NCBI GenBank assembly: GCA_963823665.1
Contig: CAWGMQ010000006.1
Location: forward strand, 256,001-320,000
Reading direction: 5' to 3'
Length of the DNA: 64,000 nt
Source: an uncultured Planctomycetota bacterium
GTDB lineage: Bacteria > Planctomycetota > Planctomycetia > Isosphaerales > Isosphaeraceae
Part shown: in pieces, positions 1-9,388 of the stretch
Numbering within the stretch: the stretch's first letter is position 1
Layout: the number at the start of each line of letters is the position of its first letter
The notes under the pieces: model-generated
Databases searched by the model: none
Seen by the model: the letters and a program-made list of their open reading frames with translations, nothing else
What the model was told of the DNA's origin: nothing
Made by a program: the position numbers and the translations under genes

Positions 1-1
1 C

Positions 2-115
2 CTCAAAGAAAACGCGATCCCGATCGAGATGGTCCGCGCGCTCTTGTCCGATTCCAAGCTCACACCCGACTGGAAGCCGGAGTGGAAGTTCTACGCGAAG
101 ACGGCCACAAAATGA
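2..115 (+). CDS. C-terminal end of a gene entering from the left edge, probably a DUF885 family protein
   Basis: Frame 2 reads LKENAIPIEMVRALLSDSKLTPDWKPEWKFYAKTATK*, resembling the C-terminus of planctomycete DUF885 proteins; TGA at 113-115. Confidence 0.5.
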   Translation, partial: LKENAIPIEMVRALLSDSKLTPDWKPEWKFYAKTATK

Positions 116-160
116 TGTTGAACAAGGAGGTGCTCAGGGTGTGATGCCACTCTAACGAAA

Positions 161-322
161 GAATGCTCGCGCTTTGATTCCCCCCCTTGAGAAGGGGGGG
201 CCAGGGGGGGGTCGAGTGCGGATGACCGCAGATCCTGACTGACAAAGGAATGCTCGCGTTTAATTTCCCCCCCTTAAGAAGGGGGGGCCAGGGGGGGTCG
301 AGTGCGGACGACCGCAGATCCT
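161..322. repeat. Two tandem copies (~75 bp; 161-236 and 248-322) of a palindromic REP-like element
   Basis: GAATGCTCGCG..TTCCCCCCCTT(G/A)AGAAGGGGGGGCCAGGGGGGGTCGAGTGCGGA(T/C)GACCGCAGATCCT occurs twice; internal CCCCCCTT/AAGGGGGG hairpin. Confidence 0.85.
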
Positions 323-377
323 CCTCCTTCGCACAGACAGAACCCAGCAAATCCTTCGAACGCTGGAGCAGCGCACC

Positions 378-2611
378 ATGCCGATTTCACGCCGAACCGT
401 GTTGAAGTCCCTGGCCACCCCGGGAGCAGTGCCTCTTCTCGGCGTGCCGCTCGCCACCACGACCGCCGCCCTGGTCATCGCCGGCAAGCCGGTCGAGCTC
501 ACGGTCACCCCTGTCGGCGACCGCATCGTCCGGATCAGTCTGGTGCCGATCGAGGCCGGCAAGGCGCAGGCCATCCCATCGACGGGCGCTCTGGTCGAGT
601 TCCCCGCCGAGGCCCCTGCCCTTCGCGTCACCGAGCTTCCCGAGCCGGGGGTGGTGGCATGTGCGGACGTGGGGGTCAGCCTGTTCCCCGGCCCGCTCGT
701 GATTCGCGTCGCGCGGGCCGATGGAAGCATCGTGCAAGACTTGCGCTTCGACGAAGCCACTGGGGGTTTTTCTTTTGCTCTGGGATCTGGTCCTGTTCTT
801 GGCATGGGCGAAGGCGGCCGGCAGTTCGATCGTCGCGGCGCCCTTGACCGCATGCGCAGCGGCCAGGGTGGATACAGCCTGCGCACCCATGGCGGCCGGG
901 TGCCCGTGCCCTGGCTGATCGGTACGAGCGGCTGGGCCATGTTCGTGCACCAGCCCGGCGGCACATTTGATTTGACGGCAGACCCGGGAAAATTCGCACC
1001 GATGCGCAGGGCGCAGCGCTCCCGCTCGACATCTTCATCGTCACCGCGATCGAGCCGGAACGCATCCTGGCCGAATATGCGCGCTTGACCGGCTTCCCCG
1101 AAATGCCGCCGCTCTGGTCGCTGGGCTACCAGCAGTCGCATCGCACGCTCGCCAGCCGCGAAGTCGTGATGTCGGTTGCTCGCACGTTTCGCGAAAAGAA
1201 GCTTCCCTGCGACACGCTCATCTATCTGGGCACCGGCTTCTGCCCGTCCGGCTGGAACACCGGCCACGGCTCGTTCGAATTCAATCCACGGGTGTTCCTT
1301 GACCCGAAACTGATGCTCGACGAGCTGCACAAGCAGCATTTTCACGTGGTGCCGCATGTCGTCATCCGCGCCAAATCGGTGAGCGGCCGCGCGAGCGATC
1401 CGTTCGACAAGGACCGTACTGATGAGTCAAAAGCGGGAAGCTACTGGAACGCTCATCGTGGCGTCTTCTCCAAGGGCGTCGACGGCTGGTGGCCCGACGA
1501 GGGCGACCCACTCGACGGTCCATCTCGGCTCGCGCGTATTCGGATGTACTACGAAGGATGCCAGATCGACCGCCCCGACACCCGCCCTTTTGCCCTCCAT
1601 CGCAACGGCTATGCCGGCATGCAGCGCTACGCGGCATTCCTCTGGTCGGGCGATGTCTACTCGACCTGGCCGACCTTGCGAGCGCACGTCTCGGTGGCGA
1701 TCAACACCGGCCTGACAGGAATCTCCTACTGGGGCACGGATATCGGCGGATTCGTGCCGACCCGGGCATTGACGGGCGAGCTATACGTCCGTTGGTTTCA
1801 GTTCGGCGCATTCTGCCCGCTGTTTCGCTCGCACGGCCGCACCTGGATGCTGCGGTTGCCCTGGGGCTGGAATACCGGCACGCTCGGCCCGGACGAGATC
1901 CGCACCTACGGCGACGCCGCCAATCCTGATCCTCGCGAGCTTCACAATGCCGAGGTCGAGCCAATCTGCCGCAAGTTTCTCGAGCTCCGCTATCGCCTGA
2001 TGCCCTACCTCTACAGCGTGGTGCGCGAGGGATGCCAGACTGGGTTGCCGGTGATGCGTGCGCTCTGGATTCACCACAGCGATGACACGAAGGCGGTCGC
2101 TCGGGGCGACGAGTATCTGTGGGGCCCGAACATCCTGGTCGCACCCGTATTCGATACAAGGTTCGTACCCCGGAGCATCTACCTGCCGCGTGGCGTCTGG
2201 TACCACTTCTGGTCCGGTCAACCGGTCCAGGGCGGCCGCGAATTCAGGGTGTCGACGAACCTTTCCATCATGCCGCTCTACGTCCGCGCGGGGACAATCC
2301 TGCCCTTGGGCCCCGTCAAGCAATATACCGGCGAAGTGGTCGATGGCCCCCTCACGCTTCAGATCTACCCCGGCGCCGACGGCAAATTCATGGTGTACGA
2401 AGATGACGGCATCTCGTTCGCCTATCGCACCGGCGATTGGATGGGCCTCGACCTGCGCTGGGACGATAAGGCCAAGCGGTTGTCGATCGGTCTCGCCCCG
2501 GGCTCGCGCATGCGCCCGCCCCTCGAGCGCCCGCTCGAGCTGCTCCTGATGCCCGAAGGCAAGCCCCGCCCGGTCGTATTCAAAGGCGAGAGGCTCGAAA
2601 TAACCTTGTAG
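378..2611 (+). CDS. Tat-exported glycoside hydrolase family 31 (alpha-glucosidase/alpha-xylosidase), frameshift near 1000
   Basis: Twin-Arg signal SRRTVLK; joined frames read ..DAQGAALPLDIFIV..EYARLTGFPEMPPLWSLGYQQS; GH31 motifs WWPDEG, WSGD, WGTDIGGF, RWFQFGAFCPLFRSHG. Confidence 0.88.
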
Positions 2612-2636
2612 GTCAGGCTTTAGCCTGACGATTTCC
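2608..2636 (+). repeat. GTAG-type REP palindrome, copy 1
   Basis: GTAG-GTCAGGCT-TT-AGCCTGAC-GATTT; GTAG overlaps the TAG stop of the GH31 gene; same core at 4114. Confidence 0.85.
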
Positions 2637-2689
2637 CGACTCCAGCCCAAGGGCGTTCGATTCAGTCGGTCCACGAGGAGGTTCTCGTC

Positions 2690-4117
2690 ATGTTCTTCCG
2701 ATCCGCCTGGTCGCTCTTACTCTTCGTGATCTGGCCCTCCCTGCTCCTGGCGCAATCGCCACCTCACCAGACCGATTTCCCGCCCGAGGAGTTCCAGTCG
2801 AGATGGAACATCATCTTCGACCGCATCGGCGATCATGCCGTCGCTATCATTCAGGGCGCCCCCAAGACCAACGGCTTCCTCGTCCCGAGGCAGAGCAATG
2901 AGTTCTATTACCTCTGCGGGATCGAGACACCTCATGCCTACCTGATTCTCAACGGCAAAGAACGCAAGGCAACCGTGGTGCTTCCACCGCGCGATGCGCG
3001 GCTCGAGAGCGCGGAAGGAAAGGTCATTTCCTCAAGCGACGCCGAGCTGGTGAAGCAGATCACCGGTGCCGCGGCTGTTCTCAGCTCGAAGGAAATGACC
3101 GAGGAGTCGATGCGCAACATCGCGGGCGGTTCGGGCACGATCCTTTACACTCCGTTCGCGCCGGCCGAAGGAAACGGCCAGAGCCGCGACGAGCTGCGAA
3201 GTGCCAACACGGCGATCACTTCCGACCCCTGGGACGGCCGCCCGTCGCGCGAGGCCCATTTCCAGACTCTGCTCAAGTCCCGATTTCCTGTCGCGGAGAT
3301 CCGTAATCTCAACCCGATCCTCGACGAGCTCCGCTCGGTCAAGTCGCCCCGCGAAATCGCGCTCATTCGCCGCGCATCCCAGCTCGCCGGCCGCGGCTTG
3401 ATTGAGGCCATGAAGAGCAGCCGCCCGGGCGTGTTTGAATATCAGCTCGACGCGGCGGCCGCGTTACGTCTTCCTCGCCGGCGGCGCTCGCCTCGAAGGC
3501 TATCGCTCGATCACCGCCGCCGGCACGGCCAACATCTGGAACATGCACTACTACCGCAACACGGCCGCGCTCAAGGACGGCGACCTCGTCTTGATGGACT
3601 TCGCTCCGGAATGCGGTTATTACACCAGCGACGTCGCACGCATGTGGCCGGTGAGCGGGAAGTTCAGCCCTGAGCAGCGAGAGATTCTGCAATTCGTTCT
3701 CCATTACCGCAACGCGATCATGACGCGCCTGCGCCCCGGTGTCACGCCACGAGCCATACGCGATGAGGCCAAGGCCGCCATGGAGAAATCTTCAAGCAAG
3801 CGAAGTTTTCCAAGCCGATCTACGAGCGTGCCGCCCACCGGCTGGTGGATACCGGCGGCGGAGTGTTTTCGCACCCGGTGGGCATGGCAGTGCACGATGA
3901 TGGATCTTACGCACGCGGCGTGCTCAAGCCCGGCCACGTCTTCTCGATCGACCCGCAGCTCCGCGTTCCGGAGGAAACGCTCTACTATCGCTATGAAGAC
4001 GTGGTCGTCATCACGGCAACCGGGTACGAGAACTTCACCGATTTCCTGCCCACCGAGCTCGATGAGATCGAGAAAATCGTCGGCCATGACGGGATCGTTC
4101 AACGGTATCCGAAGTAG
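2690..4117 (+). CDS. Secreted Xaa-Pro aminopeptidase (M24B), frameshifts near 3460 and 3788
   Basis: Signal peptide; AMP_N-like RQSNEFYYLCGIETP; LRSVKSPREI; DGDLVLMD..GYYTSDVARMWPVSGKFS; HPVGMAVHD; RYEDVVVIT across three consecutive ORFs. Confidence 0.85.
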
Positions 4118-4143
4118 GTCAGGCTTTAGCCTGACGATTTTCC
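4114..4143 (+). repeat. GTAG-type REP palindrome, copy 2
   Basis: GTAGGTCAGGCTTTAGCCTGACGATTT identical to 2608 and again overlapping a TAG stop codon. Confidence 0.85.
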
Positions 4144-4172
4144 GATTCGTACCGGCCATTCAGGACCAACTC

Positions 4173-5120
4173 ATGCGTATCGCCCGCCGCTGGCTCGTTC
4201 GGCTACTGTCCGTCGTTCTCCTCATCCTCACCAATTTGATCGCTACCGAACCAGCGTTTGCCGACGAGCCGGCACCAGTCACCGCCCCTCCCAAAGACCT
4301 CGGCCTCGACCCGTTCTACACCAAGTACATCAGTGCTCACGGCTTGCCCATCGTCGGCTCGGCCAAGGTCTCGGATTTTGCGCTGCGCGAGGCAGCCTAT
4401 TTGGTGAATCATATGCTCGAGCACCGGCCAGATGTCCGCGACGCGCTGATCAAGAACAAGATCCGCGTCGCCGTGATGGCCTACTCGGAGCGCACGACCG
4501 ATATCCCCGAGCACCGCAACATGGAGCCCAAAGCCTACTGGAACTTTCGGGCGCGCGGCCTGGGTGCCAGCCGGCGAGTTCCGGTTGTCAGTTGCGCCGA
4601 GGAGAACTTGCTCAATTATCGCGGTGATCCTTATTCCACGGAGAACATCCTGATTCACGAGTTCGGCCACGGCATCCACGGTGTCGGCCTGGCGGCGGTC
4701 GACCCGACATTCGCCCCGCGGCTCCGCAAAGCCTACAAGGATGCACAGGCCAGAGGGCTCTGGCGTGGGACCTATGCCGGAAGCAATGCGGGCGAATACT
4801 GGGCCGAGGCTGTGCAATCATGGTTCGATACCAATCGGCAGAACGACTCGCAGCACAACCACGTCGACACGCGCGCAGAGCTCAAAGCCTACGACCCCGA
4901 CGTCGCGAAGCTGTGCAACGAGGTTTTCGGCGATGGCCCGTGGCGCTACGTTCGCCCCGATCGTCGCCAGGAACGCGCCCACCTCGCCGGCTTCGACCTG
5001 AGCAAGGCCCCGAAGTTCCAGTGGGAGCCGGAATTGCTCGAGGCCCGGCGGAAGCACTACGAGGAAGTCGAGAAGAAGAGCAAGAAGGAACGCGAATCAG
5101 CGACCAAGAAGGACCCTTGA
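4173..5120 (+). CDS. Secreted zincin-like metallopeptidase-domain protein
   Basis: Signal peptide MRIARRWLVRLLSVVLLIL..AFA; ENILIHEFGHGIH (HExxH) plus EYWAEAVQSWF downstream Glu ligand. Confidence 0.7.
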   Translation: MRIARRWLVRLLSVVLLILTNLIATEPAFADEPAPVTAPPKDLGLDPFYTKYISAHGLPIVGSAKVSDFALREAAYLVNHMLEHRPDVRDALIKNKIRVAVMAYSERTTDIPEHRNMEPKAYWNFRARGLGASRRVPVVSCAEENLLNYRGDPYSTENILIHEFGHGIHGVGLAAVDPTFAPRLRKAYKDAQARGLWRGTYAGSNAGEYWAEAVQSWFDTNRQNDSQHNHVDTRAELKAYDPDVAKLCNEVFGDGPWRYVRPDRRQERAHLAGFDLSKAPKFQWEPELLEARRKHYEEVEKKSKKERESATKKDP

Positions 5121-5124
5121 TCGT

Positions 5125-6096
5125 TCAGGACGTCGGTTGGCGGATCGGCCGCCTCGCGTGCCTGAGAATTCGTCGAGCGCTCACCAGCGCAATCGCGAGG
5201 CCGGCGAAGGCCAGCGTCGAGCACTCCGGGATCGCGGCTGGAGCCGGCGGCGGCGCCATATCCGACGGAGTCAAAATGTAATCGTGCGAATCCTGCCCCA
5301 CCGCAAGGATCTGGCCGAGATTATTGATCGCCAGCGCGCCGGTAAGAACGATCGGAGGGGCGCCGCTATTGAGCAAGAGGTTCAAGTTATACATTGTGCC
5401 ATTTTCGTAGATAAATGCGTTGCTGAGTTGAGAGCTGTTGGGTACGAGTGGGCTGCCGGCGATCAAAGACCAGCCGACAACCTGTCCCTGATTATTCAGG
5501 CCCAGGGCGGCGGCATTCGCTCCGCCCAGGGTTCCGAGCTCGGTAATGTGTCCGTTCTGGAACAGGAAGGCGTTGGGATGGCCGTTCACGTCGCTAGAGT
5601 GGAATCCCGCGACCTGCCCTGACGCGTTGATCGCCGTTGGCGTCGACGCGAAGTATGGAAACACCGTGAACTGCCCGTTTGAATAGAACCAGCCTGCCTC
5701 GGCACCGTAGTTCGCGCTACTGATGTTTTGATTGGAGATCCCGATTTCCTGACCGGCTGCATTACTCGCCAGAGCGTTACTCCAGGAATATCCCGGCAGC
5801 GATACCTGCTCGGGCAACGCGCCCGTCGGCGTGCTGGCGACGGGAAAAGTCTGCACCGTTCCAGCATCCGGGCCTGAAGTCGTGTACACAAAATTCAGTG
5901 ACGACGAGTACTGGCCGATCAGGTTCCCAGATGCATTGAAGCCCGTAACATTGAGCGGATTGAGAGCGGACAGGTCCGTGACGTTATACGTGACCGGTGA
6001 AATCGGGTCGGCTCGCGCTTGCGACGTGGCCAAACCAATGAAGAAGAGCAGCATCGCGCCATGGGTTCCCCTCGCAAGTGGCCGTGCACGCATCAT
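5125..6096 (-). CDS. PEP-CTERM-type surface protein with HAF extracellular repeats
   Basis: Signal ..[34 protein letters not shown] repeats; C-terminal IPECSTL + TM + Arg-rich tail. Confidence 0.8.
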   Translation of the reverse strand: MMRARPLARGTHGAMLLFFIGLATSQARADPISPVTYNVTDLSALNPLNVTGFNASGNLIGQYSSSLNFVYTTSGPDAGTVQTFPVASTPTGALPEQVSLPGYSWSNALASNAAGQEIGISNQNISSANYGAEAGWFYSNGQFTVFPYFASTPTAINASGQVAGFHSSDVNGHPNAFLFQNGHITELGTLGGANAAALGLNNQGQVVGWSLIAGSPLVPNSSQLSNAFIYENGTMYNLNLLLNSGAPPIVLTGALAINNLGQILAVGQDSHDYILTPSDMAPPPAPAAIPECSTLAFAGLAIALVSARRILRHARRPIRQPTS

Positions 6097-6190
6097 TCCC
6101 CTCCTTGGGTTGGATCGTCTTGGCGAGAGAATTCGAAGGAACGAGCAGGAACGACGGCGCACAAGTCCGTGGTCACGACGCCCTGAAGGC

Positions 6191-7162
6191 TCACGAGTCG
6201 GATCTGGGCACGGACCAATTCCGCTTCCTTAACGCGGCGCGGAAGCCTAACGCGCCGATCGCCAGACCGACGAAGGCGAGCACCGAAGGCTCTGGCACGG
6301 CATCCGGCGGCGGAGGCGGCACGGTCGGCAAATTCGACGGAGTGAGCAGGTAGTCGTGCCCTCCGTTTCCACCGACCAGGATCTGACCGGCATTGTTGAT
6401 CGCAAACGCGCCCTGGAGATAAGGCGGAGTGTTTCCTGGAGCGATCAAATTATTCAGGTTATACATTATGCCATTTTCATAAACGAACGCAGTCGGTTGC
6501 CCACCGAACGGAGCGATGATGCCTGGAGGGGATGAAAGATTGGAAGAGCCCACGACAACCCCGTGATCGTTGATCCCCGAGATCTGGGTCTGAATTCCAC
6601 CGGGCAGCGTTCCAATGTCGGTCACCTGGCCATTGCTGTAGAGATACCCATGGGCATTTCCGCTGATGTCGTTGGCGTTGAAGACGACCTGGCCCACCGC
6701 GTTGATCTGCGGGTTATAGGGGTACTGCTGTGGAAATACGGTGAATTGACCGCCTGAATACTCCCACGCGTAGTAGACGCCCTGCTGTCCGTTACTGAGG
6801 GTCTGGCCGGCGAGCCCGGTAGCCTGGCCGGCCGCGTTCCCGCCGTACTGGGCAGTCCACGAGTATCCCGGTACATTGCCAGGGTTCGTGGGGTCGTTCC
6901 CATTCGCCGTAGTCGTCGGTGCAGTGGACGACAATTGCAGAGATCCCGCGTTTGAACCTGAGGTCGCAAATGTATAGTAGACGTTGTTCCCAGCGTACTG
7001 GCCGACAACGTTTCCGTTCGAATCGAAACCCGTCGCGATCAAGTGCCCCATATCAGTCACGTTGTAAGTGATTGGGTCGGCATGGGCTTGCGAAAGGACG
7101 GTGCCGGTCACGAACAGCAAGCCAGCGCATCGGTATGCAATCGTGAGTGGGCGAATCCGCAT
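6191..7162 (-). CDS. PEP-CTERM surface protein with HAF repeats (paralog of 5125-6096)
   Basis: Signal ..[26 protein letters not shown]-terminal [26 protein letters not shown]. Confidence 0.85.
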   Translation of the reverse strand: MRIRPLTIAYRCAGLLFVTGTVLSQAHADPITYNVTDMGHLIATGFDSNGNVVGQYAGNNVYYTFATSGSNAGSLQLSSTAPTTTANGNDPTNPGNVPGYSWTAQYGGNAAGQATGLAGQTLSNGQQGVYYAWEYSGGQFTVFPQQYPYNPQINAVGQVVFNANDISGNAHGYLYSNGQVTDIGTLPGGIQTQISGINDHGVVVGSSNLSSPPGIIAPFGGQPTAFVYENGIMYNLNNLIAPGNTPPYLQGAFAINNAGQILVGGNGGHDYLLTPSNLPTVPPPPPDAVPEPSVLAFVGLAIGALGFRAALRKRNWSVPRSDS

Positions 7163-7269
7163 TTTACCCCTCCGTGGGTAGGAGATGCTCGACGGATGTA
7201 ATAGAATGAAAAAAGTACTCTCAGTTGCCCAAAGCGTCAATGCGTAGTTGTACGAGGATTTATTATCCA

Positions 7270-8850
7270 ATGCAGCCAGCTTCCCGCCTTCACAAGATGT
7301 TCATCATGTTCGCCGGTGCGCTCCTCCTGGTGGCGGGTGCTGCGGCTGCGCCGGCCGAAAAAATGTTTCCCGCTGAGCAGGCTGCCGCTCTCGACCGGAT
7401 CACGGCCGACTCGCTCAAAGGGCACCTCTCGTTCCTGGCCTCCGACCTGCTCGAGGGCCGGGATACGCCGTCGCGCGGGCTCGATCTTGCGGCCGAGTAC
7501 ATCGCCGCCCAGTTCCGCCGCGCGGGGCTGGAACCGATCGGTGACGACGGCTATTTCCAGACTGCCAACTGGGAGCTCGCCGAGACCGCGCCGGGGGGTT
7601 TTGCGTTCGAGCTCGGCAATGGAGAAAACCCGTCCATTCAGGTCGGGAAGGAGCTGGTGAGCTTGCAGCGCCTGCGCGGGTTCAATGTCCGGTCTGCCCC
7701 GGTCTTCAAGATCGACGCCGGCGACACAAAGGTGCTCGAGTCATTGACATCCCAGCAGGTGGAAGGCAAAGCCGTGCTGGCCGTGATTCCGAATGTGGGC
7801 TCCAGAGACAGGGCCGCAACCCGGTCCGTCACTGCGTTCATGGCGCGCCTGGCCGCTCTCAAGCCCGCGGTCGTGGTGAACCTGAGCCGGCTCCCGGGCG
7901 CGGCGACGGGGTTTGCCCCCGGCCGGGCGACCGATCCGGAAAACCCACGGAGGTCCGCGTTTTCCGCAAGCGAGCGCTCCGGACCACCGCTCTTGACCGT
8001 TCACGATCCCAAGGTCCTCGCCGTCTATGACTCGCTACCGCTTGGCCCGGCGAAGAAGCTCACGCTTTCGGTACGCCTCGACGAGCCGGTGAACCGCCCG
8101 GTGAAGGTGCGGAACGTCGTCGGCTTGCTGCGAGGATCGGATCCCGATCTGAAGAATACGTACGTACTCGTCACCGCCCATTATGATCACGTTGGAAACC
8201 ACGGCGCACCCGGTGAGAAAGGCGACCAGATTTATAACGGCGCCAACGACGACGGCAGCGGCACGGTCTCGGTGATCGAGATCGCAAGCGCGCTGGCCAC
8301 GCTCAAGAGCCGCCCGAAGCGCAGCATCCTTTTCATGACCTTTTTCGGCGAGGAGCACGGCCTTCTGGGCTCAAGGTATTACGGCCGGCACCCTCTGGTG
8401 CCGATCAGGGAAACGGTGGCCGACATCAATCTGGAGCAGGTGGGGCGAACCGACGATTCCGAGGGCCCGCGTGTCGGCGCCGCCGCGCTCACCGGCCACG
8501 GCTACTCGAACGTCTCCGACGTCTTCGCTGCCGCGGGCGCGGCCGAAGGGGTCAAGCTCGAAAAGCACCCGAGGTTCAGCGACTCGTACTTCGGCCGTAG
8601 CGATAACCAGGCGCTTGCCGACCTGGGAGTGCCGGCGCACACGCTGTGCGTGGCGTTCGTGTATCCTGACTACCACGGCGCCGGAGACCACTGGGAGAAG
8701 ATCGACTACCCCAACATGGCCAAGATCGATCGCATGGTCGCCCGCGGCCTGCTCCTGATCGCCGACGACCCCGTCGCCCCCAAGTGGAACGCATCAAACC
8801 CGAAAGCGGCGAGGTATCTGAAAGCCTGGAAGGCCATGCAGAGCCCTTGA
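7270..8850 (+). CDS. Secreted M28 family aminopeptidase
   Basis: LASDLLEGRDTPSRG, TAHYDH, NGANDDGSG, GEEHGLLGS, RSDN, DYHGAGD motifs; signal peptide. Confidence 0.9.
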   Translation: MQPASRLHKMFIMFAGALLLVAGAAAAPAEKMFPAEQAAALDRITADSLKGHLSFLASDLLEGRDTPSRGLDLAAEYIAAQFRRAGLEPIGDDGYFQTANWELAETAPGGFAFELGNGENPSIQVGKELVSLQRLRGFNVRSAPVFKIDAGDTKVLESLTSQQVEGKAVLAVIPNVGSRDRAATRSVTAFMARLAALKPAVVVNLSRLPGAATGFAPGRATDPENPRRSAFSASERSGPPLLTVHDPKVLAVYDSLPLGPAKKLTLSVRLDEPVNRPVKVRNVVGLLRGSDPDLKNTYVLVTAHYDHVGNHGAPGEKGDQIYNGANDDGSGTVSVIEIASALATLKSRPKRSILFMTFFGEEHGLLGSRYYGRHPLVPIRETVADINLEQVGRTDDSEGPRVGAAALTGHGYSNVSDVFAAAGAAEGVKLEKHPRFSDSYFGRSDNQALADLGVPAHTLCVAFVYPDYHGAGDHWEKIDYPNMAKIDRMVARGLLLIADDPVAPKWNASNPKAARYLKAWKAMQSP

Positions 8851-8866
8851 GTTGCTGAACGCGGAC

Positions 8867-8888
8867 GGTCCGCAGTGGCGGACCCTAC
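8867..8888 (-). repeat. GTAG-type REP palindrome (second family)
   Basis: Minus strand reads GTAG-GGTCCGC-CACT-GCGGACC, just downstream of the M28 stop. Confidence 0.65.
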
Positions 8889-8942
8889 TTGACGCCTCAG
8901 GCATATTGCCTTACCATCAGCCTAGGCAATATGACTAGGAGG
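8889..8942 (+). promoter_or_regulatory. Sigma70-type promoter with overlapping inverted-repeat operator, probably bound by the BlaI repressor; RBS
   Basis: TTGACG (8889-8894) - 17 bp - TACCAT (8912-8917); perfect inverted repeat CATATTGCCT (8902-8911)/AGGCAATATG (8924-8933); AGGAGG before ATG 8948. Confidence 0.75.
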
Positions 8943-8947
8943 CTGCG

Positions 8948-9388
8948 ATGGCTCGCCGACCTGCTGAGGATGTGACCGACACCGAGCTGGCGATCCTGCA
9001 TGTGATCTGGAACGAAGGCCGGGCCACGCGGCGGCAGATCACCGATGTGCTGTACCCGCAGGGCGGCGAGGCGCACTATGCGACGGTGCAGAACCTGCTG
9101 GGCCGGCTCGAGCGCAAGGGATTCGTCCGCCACACCCGGTCCGAGGGGGTGCTGATCTTCACGACGAGGGTCGGCCGAGACGAGCTGATTCGCCGGCGGC
9201 TGCAGGGCGTGGCCGACAAGCTCTGCGGCGGTGCGGTTGCGCCCTTGCTCATGAATCTGGTCCGGTCTCGCCCGCTCTCCCCGGGTGAGGTCGAAGAGCT
9301 GTACGAGTTTCTGCGTAAAGAGCGCGAGCGGGTGCCAGGGTCAAAGCCTCGTCGTGATCCAGCCAGAAAGGAGCCCCGCGGTGGATGA
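8948..9388 (+). CDS. BlaI/MecI/CopY family transcriptional repressor
   Basis: VTDTELAILHVIW..ATRRQITDVLY..YATVQNLLGRLERKGFV winged helix; overlaps the downstream M56 gene. Confidence 0.9.
   Translation: MARRPAEDVTDTELAILHVIWNEGRATRRQITDVLYPQGGEAHYATVQNLLGRLERKGFVRHTRSEGVLIFTTRVGRDELIRRRLQGVADKLCGGAVAPLLMNLVRSRPLSPGEVEELYEFLRKERERVPGSKPRRDPARKEPRGG

Noticed and set aside
161..322. Possible CRISPR array
   Set aside because: Only two long copies with an ~11-bp gap, no unique spacers and no cas genes
3435..5120. 561-aa ORF suggesting an M24-zincin fusion
   Set aside because: Artefact of frameshifts: the M24 ends at 4117, a REP follows, and the zincin has its own signal peptide from 4173
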